The notes beneath the pieces were generated by a model. It worked only from the letters and a program-made list of their open reading frames with translations, did not search any database and was not told the DNA's origin. From assembly GCA_021613535.1 (NCBI GenBank), contig CP075495.1:2108001-2172000 (forward strand): 64,000 bases of DNA, given 5' to 3'. Source of the DNA: Adineta vaga (Eukaryota > Animalia > Rotifera). Position numbers and translations under genes: made by a program. The number at the start of each line of letters is the position of its first letter. Position 1 is the stretch's first letter. Shown here piece by piece: positions 12,651 to 25,071 of this stretch.

Positions 12651-13062
12651 ATTTATTTAAACAAATAATCTAAAACGAGAATATTTATTCAAACATTTGT
12701 CAATGGATAAAATTCGAGTTTATTGTTGAGATTGCTTTTTTTTCTCTATATAAACGTATCTACGCACAACATTTGGAAGAAAACGAAAAAGAAAACACAC
12801 TTGTAGAATTATTTCGATTTGCATCCTATAGAACTGTTCATCCTACAATCTGACTTTCACACAATGCTAAAAACACGCGTTTACAACTTTCACTGAACGA
12901 GATGATTGATCAAAATTCAAAATAGGTTATAATAACTTGAAATTTTGGTTTGAAAAATAGATGAAAATATCTACAGAAAAGAAAAGAAAACAACAACAAC
13001 AAGAAAAAAGATAGATACAAGATTATGAAAGAGATCAAAATGTAGAACGATAAAGTAAATCA

Positions 13063-14801
13063 TCAGACGGAGGCGAGATATCGATTCTAAAACGAGAAAA
13101 AGAATCAAAGCTGATATTATAAAGAAAGGAAACAAACTGAATTGTTGCTGTTCATTGAAATCCGATCATCATCACTGTTTAAATCGTTAGTTAAACGTTG
13201 TCGATCAGTTGTATTTGTTACTCTAAACAAATTCAACATCCATATAGATGAGAAAAGAAACACCATTCGATCGATGATTAATTACGTTGGTTGTTTGGAA
13301 TATTTTCCAACATTTGTTGTTGACGGATCTTTTCGTGTAGAAAAACGTCGAGCTAATTGATTAAATTTGTCCATGGAATCTATGATTAAGAAAGAATTTT
13401 TTCCCAGAATATTTTCATACTTTGAAATAGTTTTACTTTTTCCCATATGTTTCAATCGAGTAATAAATTCTTCATTACTTTCAGGTCGTAATGGATCAAA
13501 TTCGCTAACAAATGGTGCAGGTGGAAGTGGAATACGTTCTTTGTTATCTAAATGAAAGATAGATTAGAATGAAATTGTATTTTTCATGAAAATACCTTTT
13601 CCATAGGAATATCCTTCGTCTTGAGTGACGGATTCTTCTGGAACCATTGATGCTGAAAGATAAAATTTGATTTCATTTTTCTTTTCAAAAGAATCATTAT
13701 TTTATTATTTACTTTTCATTGTTTGTCCTTGTTCGATCTGTGTAAGAACATTTTGTAACATTCTTGCTCGAACTTTCGGTGTTTTCGGTGTTTCAACTGT
13801 TGGTGGAGTAGGTAATGGTAATGATTTGTTACTTAAAAGATTTGTTGATCGACGTTGTTGAGTTACAGATGCAGATGTTAATCGAATATTTTGATCTAGA
13901 TAAATTTGTTTTAGTTTTATAATTGATAAAAGCATAGTTTCATATTATACCTGTTTGAAGTGTAGAAAGAAAATCTTTATTATGCCGAAGTTCATTTAAG
14001 AATTCTTCATCTTCACAAAGTGCTGCTAAATATTCGTTGTTAGTATATCGTGATAATGTATCTCCAGATTTATGATGCTAGTTTTTTTTTATATCAAAGA
14101 CAATAGAAAAATATTGAAGAAAAGTATTTGAATACCTTCAATTGTTGATGTGCGTCAGATTTTGATGAGAATTTAACGCGAAGAAAATCATCAGGTAAAT
14201 CTCCGATATAACATATACGATATTGACCATCAATTGTTCTCCATTGACGAACTTGAAGATCTTGTTTAGGATAAGTACTAATATTAATTATAGAATAGAT
14301 CAAATATTTTAAGTAAAGAAAATTCACAAAAGGTACTTTTCGGGAGAATTTGCAGTGATTGATTGAGTAGTAGTTATCTGTTAACCGTTGAGGAAATGAA
14401 GGCACAGTTGTTGGATGATTAGTAGCGGTTGCTTCATGTCCAGGATCTATACGAAAGTTATTTAATGAATGATATTACGAAAACTAGGGTCAATATACAA
14501 GGTGGTGGATCATCATCGTAAATATTCGGAACAACAGGCAATTGTCGAAGAGGTGTATGTGGTACAGCCTACAAATGTATAAACATATAATATCGGAATT
14601 ATAAAAAAAAGTACTTTAATTTATTACTTGGCGAATATTATTTTGATTTTCAGTATCGATCGACATTGTAAGTAAATGATCGATAGTAACATCGACTTGA
14701 CCATTATTTGCAGATAGGACACTTTCAATTACTGTTAAATCCAAATTAGAAAACATGCGACGTAACTCTGCAATCGTTGCTGATCTTGATGACGCAGCCA
14801 T
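13063..14801 (-). CDS. CUEDC1: CUE domain-containing protein 1, multi-exon
   Basis: CUE domain ELRRMFSNLDLTVIESVLSANNGQVDVTIDHLLTMS; IGDLPDDFLR; C-terminal LKHMGK..KFNQLARRFS. Confidence 0.85.
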
Positions 14802-15313
14802 ATTGTATAATAAAAAATCTTTGCCTTGTTCAATGCTAAATAAATCTTCACTTTTTCTTTCTTTCTTTCTTCCTTTCCTCTTCTTTAGTTTTGAAAGACG
14901 TTTTTCATCATATTTGCCTAATACGCACACGCAATAGATGGGTTTATCGACCTCTAAACGAGTTGGCTAGAAGTATAGACCAATCTAAATAAATCCATAT
15001 CTAACCGATGACGAACGAAGGAAGGAAGAGAAAAAAAGAAAGAAAAAAAGTATAGCGCTACTTGGAAATGAACATTTCCATCGCCGTTAGCGACAATCTA
15101 TTGAGTAATATAGAGCACGAGTTAAGGAGAATAGAATCGATCGATCACGGCGGCTAGTTCTTCATCTATTATTTATTTTGTTTTTTTTTCTCTCCTTTTG
15201 ATCATTGACTTTTATTCGGTAAAGGTTATCACTATCACTAGAATCTAATCTCTTTTTCGTGTTTTCTTTTTTTCAAACTAATTTAATCTTATCAATTTTC
15301 TTATTTAGATCAA

Positions 15314-18300
15314 ATGGCGACTCGAGCCGCTGCATGTAAATATTTATCTTAAACCAAAATGAATTAGTTTTGAAAGATTTGATTTACTTTTTAGTTTCAT
15401 CTAAAATTCGAGCGCTAAATGATTTTTATAATAATATTGCAACGGGTGTTACACCATTACCTAGTGGATATGATATTGCTAATGCTGTTAAGTTTTTTTC
15501 TCAAGCACTTCTCGGGTAATAAACATAAACATAAAATAATGTATCGTTATTGTTGTTGTTGTTTTCTTTCTTTCAAGAGTATTAAAAGAAATGACCATTG
15601 AATCAACTCAAGAACCAACAACGGGAAAACATTCATATCGTATCAGTAAATATCCATCATTGAATTATTCATCACTCTATCATTCATTAATTAATTTAAT
15701 TGATATTGTTCCATTAATTCAAACGGGTGATGTTGCATTAGCACAATCGATTATACATGCATTAGCTTGTCTAGCACCATTTCTACCTTATGAATTGCTC
15801 GATGCATTACCGTATACATTTGCGACAACATTAACAACATTTCCGTTCGATGTTCATCAAGAAACATTGGATATGTTATGTAATACATTGTTACCGATTA
15901 ATATGGGTAAGAAATCGAATATATATTTTTATGGATAAGATATTGAAGATTTTGTTTTTTTAGCCTATACGGAATATCCCGAACATTCGATGACATTAAC
16001 TTCAATTGCGTCGATTCTTTTCATTGTTTTTGAAAATATTGATAATGCCGGTAAGAAAACTAACTATTTAGAATAAAATGAGGAATATAGGGAAATGAAA
16101 TGATAAAAATAAATTCTTCATTTCCAGTTTATCATGCACAAGTTATGGAATGTTTATTAAGTTTAAAAGCAGATTTAATTTATGTGAGTTTTTCAATCTA
16201 AGATTTGTTGTATTCATGTCGCATGTTGTTATGTATATCTATTATTATCAGAATAGATTCGATGTATTAATGAAAAGAATCGTTTTATGAATCTATGATA
16301 TGCACGTTGTGTATGGAAGATTCTATCGAAGATTTGAAATGAATTTTGTTTTTTTTAATTAATAGGATATACTCTTTGTTATTGCACATGGAGCTGCATC
16401 AGCACGAGCTGCTGCTTCGAATCTTCTATTCTTTTATTGGCCTATGTTGAATCCAACTGGTGTTGATCGACGTTCAATACATTTTAAATTTTCTTGTAAG
16501 AATATTTTCTTTCTTCTCTATTGTATTCTTTTCATTCAAAATGAATTCTTTATATTTAGCACGAAAACCAATCATATGTCAAACAGAACGATGTTTAGAA
16601 CGACGTAATATTGCATCGAAAGTTTGTGTGAATATTCTCTTATCAATTCATGGACATGATACACCTCCACCATTGTACATGTGTACAGATTGTTATAAGA
16701 ATTCATCGAAAGATATACAAAAATATTGTCGAAATGTTCTTTGTCCAGTATCGGAAATTGATTTACATTGTCAAAATAAAGTAAAATTAAAATGAATAAA
16801 TTTTGTTTTCTTCTTTTCAACGATTGTTTTTAGTTGTGTATTTCGGATAAAAAGACAACATATGCGGTTTGTTATTCAATTGAATGTTGTGTATCGAATG
16901 GTAATCATCCGATTAGTTTATGTCGTCAATGTCATGAACGACGGCATATCGATTCAAATCATGTTTATCAAGAAACATTACTTGATATGTGGCGTCTATC
17001 AGCGGATGTTCAAAATCATTGTGTTGAAGCTATTATTAGTCTTTTACGTGAAACTGATAATACGGAAGAAAAGCGTATTGTGGATTCAATGAGTGATGAG
17101 AAAAAATCGATTTTAGTCGAAAATATCGATAATACAACTAATATGTTTTTAAGTTTGGATATTGATGTGGGAAGAAAATTATTAAGTCGTTATGGAATTT
17201 ATTTAATTTTGGGATTAATTGAACCGACTTCATATGGACCACCGGTATGGGCAGGAAAAAAAAGAAAAAAAGAAGTTTTAATAGTTGCTTGTTCTCTAGG
17301 AAATCTTTGGACGTCTTTTAAGTATGCTATTTCTATGGTTTCATTCAACTGTTCGTTTACCAGGCAATGAAATCGGAAGTGTTCTAGGCAAATTGAAATC
17401 TGAAGTAAGAAAAGGAATAAATTTATATTATAACTATTGAATTCAATTAGTATGTCATTCCATGGTTGAAATCGGTTGTTAAAGAACATCATGAATTAGT
17501 TGTTGCTCTACTTCTTCCACATCCAATTGAATATGCAAAAGTTGGTGGAGTTTGGTAAGAAAAATGCATTTTATTTGAAAGAATTGGATATCAAATTTTG
17601 TAACATTTGATTCTAGGGAAACAATGTCAAATCGTACATCACAAGTCAGTGAATGTTTGAATAAATTATATGATCTAATGCCAGATGGAATTATAACATA
17701 TGAAGTAAGTTGAATTGTTAAATAAATAAAACTTAAAATCGTTGCTTCTTTCTTTCTTTAGATTTGGGATTATATTATGCCTTATTGGATGGAATCAATC
17801 CGTATAGAAGTGCCAGAAAATGATCTAACCGATTTAAATATACTCTTTCGGTAAATAATTTTCATTATTGTCCGAAAAAAAAGACAAGAATTTTCTTTTC
17901 AAATTTTTATTAGAAAAATGTTCGATCCTGATCCTGATATGTCTCCATCATCATTAACTCGTGATCAATTATATAATTTCATTACTGATCGTTTTCAATC
18001 ACCTGCACCAGCAAGTGTTCAAGAACAAGCTTTACAATGGTTACAAATCTTATGTCTTATTGATATCTATATTCCCGTACCATTACTTGTTCAAATCTTT
18101 ATCACCGGTATAAATTCTTTACAAAAACTTGAATCACGTGCACAACGTCGTGAACATTATACTTGACTGGTTCATCATCGAATGAACAATCAATTGATAA
18201 TGGTTTAAATTTAATGATGTTATCACAAGATGATGGTAAGGAAACTAATCCAACGAGTGGTATTGCTGGTTTAACAACTGTTTCATCATCGTCATCAACA

Positions 18301-21300
18301 AATAAATTCTTAGTTTTTGATACATATGAAACTTATCGTGCACATCGACATCAATTAATGTTACAACAAATGACTGGACAAGAAATGGTTTCGATTATAA
18401 AAGAAGAAGAAGAAGAATTTATTATTAATGAAAGTGAAACAAATTCGACATGTTGTATTATGATGGTTGATATGACTCTTAAACAAGTAAAGATTCGAAC
18501 TGTTTGTCTATTTAATTCTTTTTATTTTTCTTTCGTATTAGTTGGAACTTCAACAAAGTCCTCAACATCAAGGAATGTATAACCCTCTATCGAAAGAAAT
18601 CTTATCTCTCATGAATAAACAATTAATATTACCATGGACACGTCGTCATCGTTGTCGAACATCATCAAGTCAATGTACATTTTGTGAAGAATATATCTTA
18701 TGGTTTTCTATTGCACAAGATATTCTAAAATATATATCACCACGTGATGAAATTAAATTACCTGAACTTGAATTACCAAATATTAATGAATTGAAACAAC
18801 AACAATTAAAACAACAACAACAACAACAACAGCAACAGCAACAACAAACATTAAATCAATCATCAAAATTATCAAGCAAACCAAAATTTAGTAAGTTAAT
18901 TTATAAAGTTTATCATCACATCATTTCTTTTATCATTCTCTAGCAATTGAAATGTCATCAGGTGGTGATATTCAAACGTCATCATCGTCATCCTCATTAA
19001 ATAATGAAGATGATGTGACAGCAAATACTAATGCAACGAATCTTGCAGCAACAACATCAGCCACTGTACAAGCACAATCCGTGACACCAGAATTAAAGGT
19101 TGAAAACAATCCTGATGCAGGAATTTGGATAACTTCTCAGGGTGTTTTCTATTTTAAATTGAATACATTACATGTTCATTTACAATTTTTCTATTCAACT
19201 CTTCGAGTAATTATAAACATTACTATTACATATAGCATTAAAAAGAATATTTATTTGATTTCTAGGAATTAGATCGAGTTATTGATATCGATGCACTTTA
19301 TTATTTATTATGTTGTCTAAAATTATTAATCTTAAATGATGAATGTTTAGAAACAGCTGCAAAAGATAATCGAGGTTTTCTTTCCTATTGTCTCGAAAAA
19401 TTACTTGTTCCACAGTACGTTCATCTTCTTTGTAGATTAAACTTATTTATATCCTTTCTTTTTTTTTCAATTTAGTATTTGGAAAATTCTTGCTTTGGGA
19501 CATGGTCATTTAAATGAATGTTGTGTTCCATTACTTCTTCATGCTCTCAATTATGAACCAGGCAAAACTGCACTTTGGAATATACTTGAACGAGATTTTT
19601 CTAATACACATTGGAAAGTTCGTTCATCGGCTGGTAAAGATCAACTAAATATTGACGAAATTCTTTCATATCTTTTGAAATTTTAGGTACACGTGTTATT
19701 GCTCTCTATTCACTTCTTAAACCAAAATTAATCAAAAATAATTATAATGTTCTTTCTGTTCTTGCTTATGCATTTCTAAATTTAATTACTTCAATTGAAG
19801 ATATCGAACCAACTGTTAGTCAAAAAGCGATGTGCTCTTTAGAAACATTAGGTGATGCATCATTTAAAACTGTTATGTGTGCATTAGAATTTCAATTCGA
19901 TACTGTTATTAGTGATCGTTCAATCATTTTACATCGTCTATCGAAACTTTATACAATTTTATTACGAAATAATTCGGCAATTAAAATTCTTAGTTGGGAA
20001 TTTTTTCTCAATCGTTTCGATACATTATCTATTGAATCACAAATAAGTATGGAAGAATCAGGTGAATTTATGAGCCCACAAAGTATTGGTGGATTTAATA
20101 CAGAAAGTGAACATTTTATTCGTAAATTAAATCAAATACGTTTTGCAATGGCAAGAACAGATTCCATTAAACCAATATCAACATCATTACGTTTCTCTTC
20201 ACGTCAACGACGAACCAATGTTGTTCATGAAAAAACAGAAACAGATTCCATTGGAAGTTTCTCACCAGATACAGATAATAGTGATACATCGACATTACAA
20301 TTATTACTTAATTTATTGATGAAAGTTAGTAATTGATTTACATTATGAGAACTTGAAATAAAGAAAGAATTCATGTTTTTATAGTTTATGATGAAAGATG
20401 ATCAAAATCAAGTCAATGATGATCGAATTATGCTAAAACAACAGGTACATAAACCATTTAATGAGTATCTATTTCATTTCATTATAATTTTCTTTCTGTT
20501 TAGAATGTAGTTATTCGTCATGTATGTTCATTATTGGGTTATAATCAAACTAATCGAACATTTGTTAATCTACCTAGCAAAATACGGTTTGTATTTAATT
20601 ATTTATATTTGTATTACATATGTACTGATGTTTTCTTTAATTTTTCTTTTAGACGAACTCCAGTTTTTCATGCATTCTTATCAAATCTACCCAAAGTGCT
20701 TGATTATAATTTTAATCTTGGAACTGTTCTTTTACCATTCTTTCTTTCCTTCTTACAATTTTCGACATGTTCAAATGCATCAGTTCAATTCTATGAACAT
20801 ATTGCAGCATCGAATACATTAGGAAGAATTGATCCAAGTTTAAGAAATTCATGGTTAATGATTTTAATCATTATTCTATATAAAGTAACAATATATAACT
20901 CAAAAAAAAACTTGACTTTAATCTTTTATTTTTATGTCAAATTTTAGTATCAATATTCAACATTTTCGAATACAATTCAACATTTAACTCGTATTGCTAT
21001 GAATACGATTTTAAGTCATTATCATCAATGTGAAACACCACCATTTGGTATTACTAGTGGTGGACTGAGTGGAAGAATTACTCCTAAAGTTGCTGGTTCA
21101 CGACGAGGTTAAATTTATATAGAAACTTGAATAAATATCGTTTATTTGAGAATTTTTTTGTTGTAGGATCATCACGACCATTTGATGATATTCGTGAAAT
21201 TGAATTGAATGAATTAGGAACTCGATATGATTTTGATGGAGATACACAATCGGAATCTGCAAGTATTGTTGAAAATAAACGTTTTCGTTTGTTATCACCA

Positions 21301-24300
21301 CCGAAAAAAGTCAAACCGAAGTAATTAGAATTATTTTCTCGAAGTGTTGTTTTTTCTCAAGATATATTATTTAATAGATTATTTAAACCGGAAATTGAAT
21401 GTTTTGATGAACCATTAACGATTCGACAAACAGAAGAAAATATGGGCTCATCAGGACGATCTTACACTGGATTTTTGAAAAGTCTTTTTACTAGTAGTGG
21501 ACCAGCAGGTGCATCAGGTAGTACACTGAGTGCATCAACAGGAATGGCACCTTCTTTACCATCAATGATTCCTTCAGAGAAATTAACTGAAATTGATGGA
21601 AAAGGAATGAAAGGTAAGGAACAATTTTAAATCATGTTAATAATACACAAGAAAAAATAAATCTTTATTAGGAGTCAAAGAACTTTCACGTGTGGTGTAT
21701 TCTACTGAACGTGGTAAACTTGAAACAGTTCTATTAAAACCTGGTGCGAGTAGTACTGGAACAAAAGGTTAGTATTCAATTGAATAATTATTCACTTATT
21801 TCTTGTACTCCTATTTCAGAAGAAAGTCCACCAAAAGTTCCTAAAGCAACATCATTATCATCATCAACCTTAGCCAGTATGGGTGGACCAGCAACAGGTG
21901 GAAAATTAAAACCAAGTTTTCATGGTAAAAAAGGCAAATTTAAAGACGAGTCCAATGTTCGATCACCAACATTAAGGTTCCTAAAATTCATTTTCCTATT
22001 TAGTATTCTTAATTTACTTTCGCATCTGTTTAGTCGTCCAACACGTACATCTACATCACAAGCTTATACTAAAGCTATTGGTGGTATAGCATCAGGTGCA
22101 AAACGAGCAACAACTACTACGACAACAGCCATTGATGAATTTGACAATGCATATGCTGATACCGATTTACATAATCAATTTATTGCTGTACCAAAATGCG
22201 ATAAATGTGGACAAGCTATTGAATATTATAGTGAAGAATGTATTGGTCATTGTATCATTGTTTGTGAAACACTTGTTCATCGTGAACCAGCTATAGCCGC
22301 ACCTTTACTTATGGATATGATTGAAACTGTTGGCCGTGTTGCTGCTTCACATATATACACATGGCAAGAAAATTCTACTGTTATTGCACCAGCCAATTCA
22401 CGTAGTATTGCTCAACAATTTATTCGTTGTACATTTCAACAATTAGCTGCGAATAATATAAGCTATCAATTTTTTCAACAAAACTTTCGAGGTATTATTT
22501 TTCATACTAATCATCAATAATTATTGATATTCATTTTTATAGATGAAAAATTATTGCATACAATTGCTTTGTCATTGAATGATTTTCCTGAATTTAATTC
22601 AATCATTGCACTTAAATGGCTTCTCAATGTAATTATTTTTAATTATTACATTATATTTTTCATGCTTGTTTCTTTTTTTCTTTTCAAATTTAGGATATGA
22701 ATAAACAAAAAAGTTTCTCATTAGATATTTGTACAACATTACTTAGTAATATAGCACAATTTATGGAATATATTCCAATTGATTCACCGATTCAATTATG
22801 GACAAGTGTTTTTCTTGAATTCGATTTTCTGTTTGATAAGTTAACACGAGTTTATGCAACAATTAAATCAAGTACACCAATTACTCACGAATTAACACCA
22901 ATTCTTCGAATTATGATGAATATTTTAAAAGTTCCCTATATTGCTAATGTGAGATTAGTACTTGATCCATTTTCGAAATTATTAACATTTATTCTACAAA
23001 ATGGAACATTTCAATTAGAACATATTATTGAATTATGTTCATTAAGTAATCGAACATTTACACGGGTAAAAAATCAAGAGAAAAAAAGAGTTTCTTTGTA
23101 CAAAACAAGATTTTCTTCTAGGATCGTGAAAAATTTCTATTACCACGAACGATTGTAAATGTTCTTGTTGAAGCTATGCTTCATCGATATCCATGTCCGG
23201 ATCGAAATTTACTTTTAATGATACAGGTTTTAAGAAAAAAAGTTGATTCGAAAGATTCTTTTTTAAACATTGAAACTTTCTTTAGTTAATTCTACTTGAT
23301 GCTGGTGGAACAATTTACGCATCGGCGATTGTCAGCGATGACGTTCGTGCATATGATCCCCATAATGTTGTGCGTTTGTGATCTTAGTGCTGTGATGTTT
23401 CTTTTTTTTCTTCTTTTCCTTTAGTTAAATTCAACTGAATTTTTCTACATTTTCGATCTTTTTTTCTTCGAACTAGGTTACAACAAATGGTGCCGAATGT
23501 ATGAAACATTATTTAAATGAAACTGTTGCATTCATTGCTGATATTCATACGATTACAAAAATCAAAGTTAGATTGAAAATGTCTTCGACGAAAAATTTCA
23601 TCTTAATGTTTAATTCTATAGAGTACAATGAAAGAAAAAAGTGAAAAACAACAATTATCGAATTTAACAGAAGATACATTGGGTGGACAATTAAAAGCTG
23701 GTCTAGCACAATATTTAGCACTCGAATTTACTAAAGGTGGACAACGAGATGCAAAAGCAATTGTTCGATTTCTTCCATGGCTTTATAATCCACCCACATC
23801 TGTTCAACAAGGGTTTGTTTTATGCGAAGAAAAAGATTCGTGAAAAATGTTTGTTTTAGAGCAAAAGATTTCGTTGATTGTATTGATCGTATTCGTTTTC
23901 TTTCCTGGTTAATGATTGGTTCATTAACACATGCAGCAATAACTCGAAATGAAGGAACGATTATATGTCATCCTATACCTGTTGATGCAAGTCAATCCAT
24001 TGCAGATTATATTTTATATATTCTAACTGGTTTTGCTGATCAATCGAAAACATCTGTCATTCATATGTCATCACTTTTTCATTCATTTATTCTTTGTCAA
24101 GTAAAACAAATCTTGAATTCTATTGATCTATTTTCTATTCATTTAGTTATGGACAATGTATTGTGAACAAGTCAATCGAGGACATGATCCTGAAGCACTT
24201 GTTGCTATCATGGATTTTTGGGCAAGAATAACACCGGGCATACTCCATCTATTATCTCATTCTAAAGTGGTATGTATAAATGTTTGATTATTGTTCATAA

Positions 24301-24963
24301 AATATGAATTAGAAACTTTTTTCATAATGTAAAATAAAAAAATAAATAAAACAAATCCATGATGAATTTCAGGATAAAGAAAGTCCTAACAAACATCGTG
24401 AGGTATATTCTATGTCTTAAATATACACATGTGCTTATCTATTGAGCTTTATTTATATACACTGTATTTTTGTTTTTTTTTATTGTTTTCTTATGACTTT
24501 TAAGTTAAACCAATTTGTCATTTCAATCTATTTCTAGCTTGCTGAAATGGTTAATTTACATTTTCTAAGTTTAATTGAAGCTTTACAAGAAATCAATTCC
24601 ATTGTTTTAGCTAATGTAAGATTTTTCCATTTCGATTTCGAGAAACATATCCTATTTTTTTTTTCATTTTCTTAGTTATTCGCAATGTGGGTACCTGTTC
24701 TATATACTCATCAAAGTCAATTACCAGCTCACGTACAAGTTCGTCTTCAAACATGTTTAAATCATCAACCATCATCTGAAACACAAGGTGATCTACGATT
24801 TATGTATGGTATGTATGACTCTTTATAAAAGTTATAATTCTCAATTAATTCTTGAGAAAAAATATTTATAGCTATTTTACTCAAATGGCTCAATCGTTTA
24901 CAATTTAAAATCGGACAAATCGAAACTCAATCTAGTCATGCCGCACAATTTTATAGTTTATAA
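15314..24963 (+). CDS. UNC79: UNC-79, NALCN channel auxiliary subunit; very large multi-exon gene with one apparent frameshift near 18163
   Basis: N-term MATRAAAFSSKIRAL...PSGYDIANAVKFFSQALLGVL; LSWEFFLNRFDTLSIE; LKAGLAQYLALE; C-term LKWLNRLQFKIGQIETQSSHAAQFYSL*. Confidence 0.95.
18797..18848 (+). repeat. CAA/CAG polyglutamine tract within UNC79
   Basis: KQQQLKQQQQQQQQQQQQT. Confidence 0.85.
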
Positions 24964-25071
24964 TCATTGTATATGTCTTAACGTCGTTTTTTTTATCAAT
25001 AAATATTGCTAGAGTAGTTTGTATCGAAAATGTTCAATGTTCATTTCGATTTCTTTCTCATGTAGATAAAT

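Noticed and set aside
17244-17298. Apparent frameshift in UNC79 (ORF 16834-17370 drifts into nonsense)
   Set aside because: Explained by a normal GTATGG...CTAG intron; the spliced product reads EIFGRLLSMLFLWFHST, as expected for UNC79
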